This document shows, one piece after another, positions 27,101 through 41,200 of a stretch of 64,000 nt of DNA. The stretch spans positions 1,240,001-1,304,000 of the forward strand of contig JBNRSN020000118.1 of assembly GCA_051313645.2 (NCBI GenBank), read 5' to 3'. Source of the DNA: Centroscyllium fabricii (taxonomy: Eukaryota). Both the position numbers and the translations under genes were made by a program. Numbering within the stretch: the first letter of the stretch is position 1; each line of letters begins with the position of its first letter. Under the pieces are notes generated by a model. The model worked only from the letters and a program-made list of their open reading frames with translations, was not told where the DNA came from and searched no databases.

Positions 27101-30100
27101 GCACACTGTACAAATGTTCATCTTATTGTGTTGCACACTGTACAGATGTTCATCTTGTTGTGGTGAACACTGTACAGATGTTCATCATGTTGTGGTGCAC
27201 ACTGTACAGATGTTCATCATGTTGTGGTGCACACTGTACAGATGTTCATCATGTTGTGGTGCACACTGTACAGATGTTCATCATGTTGTGGTGCACACTG
27301 TACAGACGTTCATCATGTTGTGGATCACACTGTACAGATGTTCAACATGTTGTGGTGCACACTGTACAGATGTTCATCATGTTGTGGTGCACACTGTACA
27401 GATGTTCATCATGTTGTTGTGCACAATGTACAGATGTTCATCTTGTTGTGGTGCACACTGTACAGATGTTCATCATGTTGTGGTGCACATTGTACAGATG
27501 TTCATCATGTTGTGGTGCACACTGTACAGATGTTCATCATGTTGTGGTGCACACTGTACAGATGTTCATCATGTTGTGGTGCACACTGTACAGATGTTCA
27601 TCTTGTTGTGGTGCACACTGTACAGATGTTCATCATGTTGTGGTGCACATTGTACAGATGTTCGTCATGTTGTGGTGCACACGGTACAGATGTTCATCAT
27701 GTTGTGGTGCACACTGTACAGATGTTCATCATGTTGTGGTGCACACTGTACAAATGTTCATCTTATTGTGTTGCACACTGTACAGATGTTCATCTTGTAG
27801 TGGTGCACACTGTACAGATGTTCATCATGTTGTGGTGCACACTGTACAGATGTTCATCTTGTTGTGGTGCACACTGTACAGATGTTCATCTTGTTTTGGT
27901 GCACACTGTACAGATGTTCATCATATTGTGGTGCACACTGTACAAATGTTCATCTTGTTGTGGTGCACACTGTACAGATGTTCATCATGTTGTGGTGCAC
28001 ACTGTACAGATGTTCATCATGTTGTGGTGCACACTGTACAGATGTTCACCTTTTTTGGTGCACACTGTACAGATGCTCATCTTGTTGTGGTGCAAACTGT
28101 ACAGATGTTCATCATGTTGTAGTACACACTGTGCAGATGTTCATCATGTTGTGGTGCACACTGTACATATGTTCATCTTGTTGTGGTGCACACTGTACAG
28201 ATGTTCATCTTATTGTGGTGCACACTGTACAGATGTTCAACATGTTGTGGTGCACACTGTACAGATGTTCATCATGTTGTGGTGCACACTGTACAGATGT
28301 TCACCTTCTTGTTGTGTACACAGTACAGATGTTCATCATGTTGTGGAGCACACTGTACAGATGTTCCTCATGTTGTGGTACACACTGTACAGATGTTCAT
28401 CTTATTGTGGTGCACACTGTACAGATGTTCATCTTGTTGTGGTGCACACTGTACAGATGTTCATCTTGTTGTGTTGCACACTGTACAGATGTTCACCTTG
28501 TTGTGGTGCACACTGTACAGATGTTCATCATGTTGTGGTGCACATTGTACAGATGTTCATCTTGTTGTGGTTCACATTGTACAGATGTTCACCATGTTGT
28601 GGTGCACACTGTAGAGATGTTCATCTTGTTGTGGTGCACAGTGTACAGATGTTCATCATGTTGTAGTGCACACTGTGCATATGTTCATCTTGTTGTGGTG
28701 CACACTGTACAGATGTTCATCTTGTTGTGGTGCACAATGTACAGATGTTCATCATGTTGTGGTGCATACTGTACAAATATACAACTTGTTGTGGTGCACA
28801 CTGTACAGATGTTCATCATGTTGTGGTGCACTCTTTACAGATGTTCCTCATGCTGTTGTGCACACTGTACAGATGCTCATCTTGTTGTGGTGCAAACTGT
28901 ACAGATGTTCATCAGGTTGTTGTACACACTGTACAGATGTTCATCAGGTTGTGGTGCACACTGTACAGATGTTCATCTTGTTGTGGTGCACACTCTACAG
29001 ATGTTCATCATGTCGTGGTGCACACTGTACAGATATTCATCATGTTGTGGTGCACACTGTAGAGATGTTCATCATGTTGTGGTGCACACTGTACAGATGT
29101 TCATCATGTTGTGGTGCACACTGTACAAATGTTCATCTTATTGTGTTGCACACTGTACAGATGTTCATCTTGTTGTGGTGCACACTGTACAGATGTTCAT
29201 CATGTTGTGGTGCACACTGTACAGATGTTCATCTTGTTGTGGTGCACACTGTACAGATGTTCATCTTGTTGTGGTGCACATTCTACAGATGTTCATCATG
29301 TTGTGGTGCATACTGTACAGATGTACATCTTGTTGTGGTGCACACTGTACAGATGTTCATCACGTTGTGGTGCACACTTTACAGATGTTCATCATGCTGT
29401 TGTGCACACTGTACAGATGCTCATCTTGTTGTGGTGCAAACTGTACAGATGTTCATCATGTTGTGGTACACACTGTACAGATGTTCATCATGTTGTGGTG
29501 CACACTTTACATATGTTCATCTTGTTGTGGTGCACACTTTACAGATGTTCATCATGTTGTGGTGCACACTGCACAGATGTTCATCATGTTGTGGTGCACA
29601 CTGTACAAATGTTCATCTTATTGTGTTGAACACTGTACAGATGTTCATCTTGTTGTGGTGCACACTGTACAGATGTTCATCATGTTGAGGTGCACAATGT
29701 ACAGATGTTCATCTTGTTGTGGTGCACACTGTACAGATGTTCATCTTGTTGTGGTGCACACTGTACAGATGTTCATCATATTGTGGTGCACACTGTACAG
29801 ATGTTCATCTTGTTGTGGTGCACACTGTACAGATGTTCATCATGTTGTCGTGCACACTTTACAGATGTTCATCATGTTGTGGTGCACACTGTACAGATGT
29901 TCATCATGTTGTGGTGCACACTGTACAGATGTTCATCATGTTGTGGTGCACATTGTACAGATGGTCATCATGTTGTGGTGCACACTGTACAGATGTTCAT
30001 CATGTTGTTGTGCACACTGTACAGATGTTCATCATGTTGTGGTGCACAATGTACAGATGTTCATCTTGTTGTGGTGCACACTGTACAGATGTTCATCATG

Positions 30101-33100
30101 TTGTGGTGCACACTGTACAGATGTTCATCATGTTGTGGTGCACATTTTACAGATGTTCAACATGTTGTGATGCACACTGTACAGATTTTCATCATGTTGT
30201 GGTGCACACTGTACAGATGTTCATCATGTTGTTGTGCACAATGTACAGATGTTCATCTTGTTGTGGTGCACACTGTACAGATGTTCATCATGTTGTGGTG
30301 CACATTGTACAGATGTTCATCATGTTGTGGTGCACACTGTACAGATGTTCATCATGTTGTGGTGCACACTGTACAGATGTCCATCATGTTGTGGTGCACA
30401 CTGTACAGATGTTCATCTTGTTGTGGTGCACACTGTACAGATGTGCATCATGTTGTGGTGCACACTGTACAGATGTTCATCATGTTGTGGTGCACAATGT
30501 ACAGATGTTCATCATGTTGTGGTGCACACTGTACAGATGTTCATCATGTTGTGGTGCACACTGTACAAATGTTCATCTTATTGTGTTGCACACTGTACAG
30601 ATGTTCATCTTGTTGTGGTGCACACTGTACAGATGTTCATCATGTTGTGGTGCACACTGTACAGATGTTCATCTTGTTGTGGTGCACACTGTACAGATGT
30701 TCATCTTGTTGTGGTGCACACTGTACAGATGTTCATCATATTGTGGTGCACACTGTACAGATGTGAAACTTGTTGTGGGGCACACTGTACAGATGTTCAT
30801 CATGTTGTGGTGCACACTGTACAGATGTTCATCATGTTGTGGTGCACACTGTACAGATGTTCACCTTTTTTGGTGCACGCTGTACAGATGCTCATCTTGT
30901 TGTGGTGCAAACTGTACAGATGTTCATCATGTTGTTGTACACACTGTACAGATGTTCATCATGTTGTGGTGCACACAGTACAGATGGTCATCTTGTTGTG
31001 GTGCACACTGTACAGATGTTCATCTTGTTGTGGTGCACACTGTACAGATGTTCATCATGTTGTGGTGCACACTGTACAGATGTTCATCATGTTGTGGTGC
31101 ACACTGTACAGATGTTCATCATGTTGTGGTGCACACTGTACAGATGTTCACCTTCTTGTGGTGTGCACAATACATATGTTCATCTTGTTGTGGTGCACAC
31201 TGTACAGATGTTCATCATGTTGTGGAGCACACTGTACAGATGTTCATCATGTTGTGGTGCACAATGTACAGACGTTCATCATGTTGTGGTACACACTGTA
31301 CAGATGTTCATCTTATTGTGGTGCACACTGTACATATGTTCATCTTGTTGTAGTGCACACTGTACAGATGTTCATCATGTTGTGGAGCACACTGTACAGA
31401 TGTTCATCATGTTGTGGTGCACAATGTACAGACGTTCATCTTGTTGTGGTGCACACTGTACAGATGTTCATCTTGTTGTGGTGCGCACTGTGCAGATGTT
31501 CATCTTGTTGTGTTGCAAACTGTACAGATGTTCATCTTGTTGTGGTGCACACTGTACAGATGTTCATCATGTTGTGGTGCACATTGTACAGATGTTCATC
31601 TTGTTGTGGTTCACATTGTACAGATGTTCACCATGTTGTGGTGCACACTGTACAGATGTTCATCTTGCTGTGGTGCACACTGTACAGATGATCATCATGT
31701 TGTAGTGCACACTGTGCAGATGTTCATCTTGTTGTGGTGCACACTGTACAGACGTTCATCTTGTTGTGGTGCACACTGTACAGATGTTCATCTTGTTGTG
31801 GTGCATACTGTACAGATGTACATCTTGTTGTGGTGCACACTGTACAGATGTTCATCATGTTGTAGTGCACACTGTGCATAGGTTCACCTTGTTGTGGTGC
31901 ACACTGTACAGATGTTCATCTTGTTGTGGTGCACATTGTACAGATGTTCATCATGTTGTGGTGCATACTGTACAGATATACAACTTGTTGTGGTGCACAC
32001 TGTACAGATGTTCATCATGTTGTGGTGCACTCTTTACAGATGTTCCTCATGCTGTTGTGCACACTGTACAGATGCTCATCTTGTTGTGGTGCAAACTGTA
32101 CAGATGTTCATCAGGTTGTTGAACACACTGTACAGATGTTCATCATGTTGTGGTGCACACTGTACAGATGTTCATCTTGTTGTGGTGCACACTGTACAGA
32201 TGTTCATCATGTCGTGGTGCACACTGTACAGATATTCATCATGTTGTGGTGCACACTGTATAGATGTTCATCATGTTGTGGTGCACACTGTACAGATGTT
32301 CATCATGTTGTGGTGCACACTGTAAAAATGTTCATCTTATTGTGTTGCACACTGTACAGATGTTCATCTTGTTGTGGTGCACACTGTACAGATGTTCATC
32401 ATGTTGTGGTACACACTGTACAGATGTTCATCTTGTTGTGGTGCACACTGTACAGATGTTCATCTTGTTGTGGTGCACATTCTACAGATGTTCATCATGT
32501 TGTGGTGCATACTGTACAGATGTACATCTTGTTGTGGTGCACACTGTACAGATGTTCATCACGTTGTGGTGCACACTTTACAGATGTTCATCATGCTGTT
32601 GTGCACACTGTACAGATGCTCATCTTGTTGTGGTGCAAACTGTACAGATGTTCATCATGTTGTGGTACACACTGTACAGATGTTCATCATGTTGTGGTGC
32701 ACACTGTACATATGTTCATCTTGTTGTGGTGCAATTTTACAGATGTTCATCATGTTGTGGAGCACACTGCACAGATGTTCATCATGTTGTGGTGCACACT
32801 GTACAAATGTTCATCTTATTGTGTTGAACACTGTACAGATGTTCATCTTGTTGTGGTGCACACTGTACAGATGTTCATCATGTTGAGGTGCACAATGTAC
32901 AGATGTTCATCTTGTTGTGGTGCACACTGTACAGATGTTCATCTTGTTGTGCTGCACACTGTACAGATGTTCATCATTTTGTGGTGCACAATGTACAGAT
33001 GTTCATCTTGTTGTGGTGCACACTGTACAGATGTTCATCATGTTGTCGTGCACACTGTACAGATGTTCATCATGTTGTGGTGCACACTGTACAGATGTTC

Positions 33101-34275
33101 ATCATGTTGTGGTGCACACTGTACAGATGTTCATCATGTTGTGGTGCACATTGTACAGATGGTCATCATGTTGTGGTGCACACTGTACAGATGTTCATCA
33201 TGTTGTTGTGCACACTGTACAGATGTTCATCATGTTGTGGTGCACAATGTACAGATGTTCATCTTGTTGTGGTGCACACTGTACAGATGTTCATCATGTT
33301 GTGGTGCACACTGTACAGATGTTCATCATGTTGTGGTGCACATTTTACAGATGTTCAACATGTTGTGATGCACACTGTACAGATTTTCATCATGTTGTGG
33401 TGCACACTGTACAGCTGTTCATCATGTTGTTGTGCACAATGTACAGATGTTCATCTTGTTGTGGTGCACACTGTACAGATGTTCATCATGTTGTGGTGCA
33501 CATTGTACAGATGTTCATCATGTTGTGGTGCACACTGTACAGATGTTCATCATGTTGTGGTGCACACTGTACAAATGTCCATCATGTTGTGGTGCACACT
33601 GTACAGATGTTCAACTTGTTGTGGTGCACACTGTACAGATGTTCATCATGTTGTGGTGCACACTGTACAGATGTTCATCATGTTGTGGTGCACACTGTAC
33701 AGATGTTCATCATGTTGTGGTGCACACTGTACAGATGATCATCATGTTGTGGTGCACACTGTACAAATGTTCATCTTATTGTGTTGCACACTGTACAGAT
33801 GTTCATCTTGTTGTGGTGCACACTGTACAGATGTTCATCATGTTGTGGTGCACACTGTACAGATGTTCATCTTGTTGTGGTGCACACTGTACAGATGTTC
33901 ATCTTGTTGTTGTGCACACTGTACAGATGTTCATCATATTGTGGTGCACACTGTACAGATGTTAATCTTGTTGTGGGGCACACTGTACAGATGTTCATCA
34001 TGTTGTGGTGCACACTGTACAGATGTTCATCATGTTGTGGTGCACACTGTACAGATGTTCACCTTTTTTGGTGCACACTGTACAGATGCTCATCTTGTTG
34101 TGGTGCAAACTGTACAGATGTTCATCATGTTGTGGTACACACTGTACAGATGTTCATCATGTTGTGGTGCACACAGTACAGATGTTCATCTTTTTGTGGT
34201 GCACACTGTACAGATGTTCATCTTGTTGTGGTGCACACTGTACAGATGTTCATCATGTTGTGGTGCACGCTGTAC
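12140..34275. repeat. Higher-order tandem duplication, period 11,068 bp (346 monomers minus 4 bp), 2 near-identical copies (~12140-23207 and ~23208-34275)
   Basis: Dozens of ORF pairs are offset by exactly 11,068 (12444/23512, 14420/25488, 16796/27864, 19702/30770, 22937/34005). Rare variants recur, e.g. GTATAAAATG ~14983/26051, GTGAAACTT ~19695/30763 and GTGCAATTTT 21661/32729. Five -1 monomers and one +1 monomer per copy give the -4. Confidence 0.96.
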
Positions 34276-37200
34276 AGATGTTCATCATGTTGTGGTGCAC
34301 ACTTTACAGATGTTCATCATGTTGTGGTGCACACTGTACAGATGTTCACCTTCTTGTGGTGTGCACAGTACATATGTTCATCTTGTTGTGGTGCACACTG
34401 TACAGATGTTCATCATGTTGTGGAGCACACTGTACAGATGTTCATCATGTTGTGGGCCACAATGTACAGACGTTCATCATGTTGTGGTACACACTGTACA
34501 GATGTTCATCTTATTGTGGTGCACACTGTACATATGTTCATCTTGTTGTGGTGCACACTTTACAGATGTTCATCATGCAGTGGAGCACACTGTACAGATG
34601 TTCATCATGTTGTGGTGCACAATGTACAGACGTTCATCTTGTTGTGGTGCACACTGTACAGATGTTCATCTTGTTGTGGTGCGCACTGTGCAGATGTTCA
34701 TCTTGTTGTGTTGCACACTGTACAGATGTTCATCTTGTTGTGGTGCACACTGTACAGATGTTCATCATGTTGTGGTGCACATTGTACAGATGTTCATCTT
34801 GTTGTGGTTCACATTGTACAGATGTTCACCATGTTGTGGTGCACACTGTACAGATGTTCATCTTGCTGTGGTGCACACTGTACAGATGTTCATCATGTTG
34901 TAGTGCACACTGTGCAGATGTTCATCTTGTTGTGGTGCACACTGTACAGATGTTCATCTTGTTGTGGTGCACACTGTACAGATGTTCATCATGTTGTGAT
35001 GCATACTGTACAGATGTACATCTTGTTGTGGTGCACACTGTACAGATGTTCATCATGTTGTGGTGCACACTTTACAGATGTTCATCGTGCTGTTGTGCAC
35101 ACTGTACAGATGCTCATCTTGTTGTAGTGCAAACTGTACAGATGTTCATCATGTTGTGGTACACACTGTACAGATGTTCATCATGTTGTGGTGCACACTG
35201 TACAGATGTTCATCTTGTTGTGGTGCACACAGAACAGATGTGCATCATGTTGTGGTGCTCACTGTACAGATGTTCATCATGTTGTGGTACACACTGTACA
35301 GATGTTCATCATGTTGTGCTGCACAATGTACAGATGTTCATCATGTTGTGGTGCACACTGTACAAATGTTCAACTTATTGTGTTGCACACTGTACAGATG
35401 TTCATCTTGTTGTGGTGCACACTGTACAGATGTTCATCATGTTGTGGTGCACACTGTACAGATGTTCATCTTGTTGTGGTGCACACTGTACAGATGTTCA
35501 TCTTGTTTTGGTGCACACTGTACAGATGTTCATCATATTGTGGTGCACACTGTACAGATGTTCATCGTGTTGTGGTGCACACTGTACAATTGTTCATCAT
35601 GTTGTGGTGCACACTGTACAGATGCTCATCATGTTTTGGTGCACACTGTACAGATGTTCATCATGTTGTGGTGCACACTGTACAGATGTTCATCATGTTG
35701 TGGTGCACATTGTTCAGATGTTCATCATGTTGTGGTGCACACTGTACAGATGTTCATCATGTTGTGGTGCACACTGTACAGCTGTTCATCATGTTGTGGT
35801 GCACAATGTACAGATGATCATCTTGTTGTGGTGCACACTGTACAGATGTTCTTCATGTTGTGGTGCACACTGTACAGATGTTCATCATGTTGTTGTGCAC
35901 ACTGTACAGATGTTCATCATGTTGTGGTGCACACTGTACAGATGTTCATCATGTTGTGGTGAACACTGTAGAGATGTTCATTATGTTGTGGTGCACACTG
36001 TACAGATGTTCATCTTTTTGTGGTGCACACTGTACAGATGTTCATCTTGTTGTGGTGCACACTGTACAGATGTTAATCTTGTTGTGGTGCACACTGTACA
36101 GATGTTCATCTTTTTGTGGTGCACACTGTAGAGATGTTCCTCATGTTGTGGTGCACACTGTACAGATGTTGATCTTGTTGTGGTGCACACTGTACAGATG
36201 TTAATCTTGTTGTGGTGCACACTGTACAGATGTTCATCCTGTTGCGGTGCACACTGTACAGATGTACAACGTGTTGTGGTGCACACTGTACAGATATTCA
36301 TCTTGTTGTAGTGCACAATGTACAGTTATGCATCCTGTTATGGTGCACACTGTACAGATGTTCATCATGTTGTGCGGCACACTGTACAGATATTCATCAT
36401 GTTGTGGTGCACACTGCACAGATGTTCATCTTGTTGTGGTGTACACTGTACAAATGTTCATCATGTTGTGGTGCACACTGTACAGATGTTCATCATGTTG
36501 TGGTGCACACTGTACAGATGTTCATCATGTTGTGGTGCACACTGTACAGATGTTCATCATGTTGTGGTGCGCACTGTACAGATGTTCATCATGTTGTCGT
36601 GCAGACTGTACAGATGTTCATCATGTTGTGGTGCACACTGTACAGATGTTCATCATGTTGTGGTGCACAATGTACAGATGTTCATCTTGTTGTGGTGCAC
36701 AATGTACAGATGTTCACCATGTTGTGGTGCACACTGTACAGATGTTCAGCATGTTGTGGTGCACACTGTACAGATGTTAATCTTGTTGTGGTGCACACTG
36801 TACAGATGTTCATCTTTTTGTGGTGCACACTGTACAGATGTTCATCATGTTGTGGTGCATACTGTACAGATGTACATCTTGTTGTGGTGCACACTGTACA
36901 GATGTTCATCATGTTGTGGTGCACAATTTACAGATGTTCATCATGCTGTTGTGCACACTGTACAGATGCTCATCTTGTTGTGGTGCAAACTGTACAGATG
37001 TTCATCATGTTGTGCTACACACTGTACAGATGTTCATCATGTTGTGGTGCACACTGTACAGATGTTCATCTTGTTGTGGTGCACACTGAACAGATGTTCA
37101 TCTTGTTGTGGTGCGCACTGTACAGATGTTCATCATGTTGTGGTGCACATTGTACAGATGTTCATCTTGTTGTGGTTCACATTGTATAGATGTTCACCAT

Positions 37201-38224
37201 GTTGTGGTGCACACTGTACAGATGTTCATCTTGCTGTGGTGCACACTGTACAGATGTTCATCATGTTGTAGTGCACACTGTGCGGATGTTCATCTTGTTG
37301 TGGTGCACACTGTACAGATGTTCATCTTGTTGTGGTGCACACTGTACAGATGTTCATCATGTTGTGGTGCATACTGTACAGATGTACATCTTGTTGTGGT
37401 GCACACTGTACAGATGTTCATCATGTTGTGGTGCACAATTTACAGATGTTCATCATGCTGTTGTGCACACTGTACAGATGCTCATCTTGTTGTGGTGCAA
37501 ACTGTACAGATGTTCATCATGTTGTGGTACACACTGTACAGATGTTCATCATGTTGTTGTGCACACTGTACAGATGTTCATCTTGTTGTGGTGCACACTG
37601 AACAGATGTGCATCATGTTGTGGTGCACACTGTACAGATGTTCATCATGTTGTGGTACACACTGTACAGATGTTCATCATGTTGTGCTGCACAATGTACA
37701 CATGTTCATCATGTTGTGGTGCACACTGTACAAATGTTCATCTTATTGTGTTGCACACTGTACAGATGTTCATCTTGTTGTGGTGCACACTGTACAGATG
37801 TTCATCATGTTGTGGTGCACATTGTACAGATGTTCATCTTGTTGTGCTGCACACTGTACAGATGTTCATCTTGTTGTGGTGCACACTGTACAGATGTTCA
37901 TCATATTGTGGTGCACACTGTACAGATGTTCATCGTGTTGTGGTGCACACTGTACAATTGTTCATCATGTTGTGGTGCACACTGTACAGATGCTCATCAT
38001 GTTTTGGTGCACACTGTACAGATGTTCATCTTGTTGTGGTGCACACTGTACAGATGTTAATCTTGTTGTGGTGCACACTGTACAGATGTTCATCTTTTTG
38101 TGGTGCACATTGTACAGATGTTCCTCATGTTGTGGTGCACACTGTACAGATGTTGATCTTGTTGTGGTGCACACTGTACAGATGTTAATCTTGTTGTGGT
38201 GCACACTGTACAGATGTTCATCCT

Positions 38225-41200
38225 GTTGTGGTGCACACTGTACAGATGTTCATCATGTTGCGGTGCACACTGTACAGATGTACAACGTGTTGTGGTGCAC
38301 ACTGTACAGATGTTCATCTTGTTGTAGTGCACAATGTACAGATGTCCATCCTGTTATGGTGCACACTGTACAGATGTTCATCATGTTGTGCGGCACACTG
38401 TACAGATATTCATCATGTTGTGGTGCACACTGTACAGATGTTCATCTTGTTGTGGTGCACCCTGTACAAATGTTCATCATGTTGTGGTGCACACTGTACA
38501 GATGTTCATCATGTTGTGGTGCACACTGTACAGATGTTCATCATGTTGTGGTGCACACTGTACAGATGTTCATCATGTTGTGGTGCGCACTGTACAGATG
38601 TTCATCGTGTTGTCGTGCAGACTGTACAGATGTTCATCATGTTGTGGTGCACACGGTACAGATGTTCATCATGTTGTGGTGCACAATGTACAGATGTTCA
38701 TCTTGTTGTGGTGCACAATGTACAGATGTTCATCATGTTGTGGTGCACACTGTACAGATGTTCAGCATGTTGTGGTGCACACTGTACAGATGTTAATCTT
38801 GTTGTGGTGCACACTGTACAGATGTACATCTTTTTGTGTTGCGCACTGTACAGATGTTCATCATGTTGTGGTGCATACTGAACAGATGTTCATCTTGTTG
38901 TGGTGCACACTGTACAGATGTTCATCATGTTGTGGTGCACACTTTACAGATGTTCATCATGCTGTTGTGCACACTGTACAGATGCTCATCTTGTTGTGGT
39001 GCAAACTGTACAGATGTTCATCATGTTGTGGTACACACTGTACACATGTTCATCATGTTGTTGTGCACACTGTACAGATGTACATCTTGTTGTGGTGCAC
39101 ACTGAACAGATGTGCATCATGTTGTGGTGCACACTGTACAGATGTTCATCATGTTGTGGTACACACTGTACAGATGTTCATCATGTTGTGGTGCACAATG
39201 TACAGATGTTCATCATGTTGTGGTGCACACTGTACAAATGTTCATCTTATTGTGTTGCACACTGTACAGATGTTCATCTTGTTGTGGTGCACACTGTACA
39301 GATGTTCATCATGTTGTGGTGCACACTGTACAGATGTTCATCTTGTTGTGGTGCACACTGTACAGATGTTCATCTTGTTGTGGTGCACACTGTACAGATG
39401 TTCATCATATTGTTGTGCACACTGTACAGATGTTCATCGTGTTGTGGTGAACACTGTACAGATGTTCATCATGTTGTGGTGCACACTGTACAGATGTTCA
39501 TCATGTTTTGGTGCACACTGTACAGATGTTCATCATGTTGTGGTGCACACTGTACAGATGTTCATCATGTTGTGGTGCACATTGTTCAGATATTCATCAT
39601 GTTGTGGTGCACACTGTACAGATGTTCATCATGTTGTGGTGCACAATGTACAGATGTTCATCATGTTGTGGTGCACAATGTACAGATATTCATCTTGTTG
39701 TGGTGCACACTGTACAGATGTTCTTCATGTTGTGGTGCACACTGTACAGATGTTCATCATGTTGTGGTGCACACTGTACAGATGTTCATCATGTTGTGGT
39801 GCACACTGTACAGATGTTCGTCATGTTGTGGTGAAAACTGTACAGATGTTCATCATGTTGTGGTGCACACTGTACAGATGTTCATCTTTTTGTGGTGCAC
39901 ACTGTACAGATGTTCATCTTGTTGTGGTGCACACTGTACAGATGTTCATCTTGTTGTGGTGCACACTGTACAGATGTTCATCATGTTGCGGTGCACACTG
40001 TACAGATGTACAACGTGTTGTGGTGCACACTGTACAGATGTTCATCTTGTTGTAGTGCACAATGTACAGATGTCCATCCTGTTATGGTGCACACTGTACA
40101 GATGTTCATCATGTTGTGCGGCACACTGTACAGATATTCATCATGTTGTGGTGCACACTGTACAGATGTTCATCTTGTTGTGGTGCACCCTGTACAAATG
40201 TTCATCATGTTGTGGTGCACACTGTACAGATGTTCATCATGTTGTGGTGCACACTGTACAGATGTTCATCATGTTGTGGTGCACACTGTACAGATGTTCA
40301 TCATGTTGTGGTGCGCACTGTACAGATGTTCATCATGTTGTCGTGCAGACTGTACAGATGTTCATCATGTTGTGGTGCACACGGTACAGATGTTCATCAT
40401 GTTGTGGTGCACAATGTACAGATGTTCATCTTGTTGTGGTGCACAATGTACAGATGTTCATCATGTTGTGGTGCACACTGTACAGATGTTCAGCATGTTG
40501 TGGTGCACACTGTACAGATGTTAATCTTGTTGTGGTGCACACTGTACAGATGTTCATCTTTTTGTGTTGCGCACTGTACAGATGTTCATCATGTTGTGGT
40601 GCATACTGTACAGATGTACATCTTGTTGTGGTGCACACTGTACAGATGTTCATCATGTTGTGGTGCACACTTTACAGATGTTCATCATGCTGTTGTGCAC
40701 ACTGTACAGATGCTCATCTTGTTGTGGTGCAAACTGTACAGATGTTCATCATGTTGTGGTACACACTGTACACATGTTCATCATGTTGTTGTGCACACTG
40801 TACAGATGTTCATCTTGTTGTGGTGCACACTGAACAGATGTGCATCATGTTGTGGTGCACACTGTACAGATGTTCATCATGTTGTGGTACACACTGTAAA
40901 GATGTTCATCATGTTGTGGTGCACAATGTACAGATGTTCATCATGTTGTGGTGCACACTGTACAAATGTTCATCTTATTGTGTTGCACACTGTACAGATG
41001 TTCATCTTGTTGTGGTGCACACTGTACAGATGTTCATCATGTTGTGGTGCACACTGTACAGATGTTCATCTTGTTGTGGTGCACACTGTACAGATGTTCA
41101 TCTTGTTGTGGTGCACACTGTACAGATGTTCATCATATTGTTGTGCACACTGTACAGATGTTCATCGTGTTGTGGTGAACACTGTACAGATGTTCATCAT

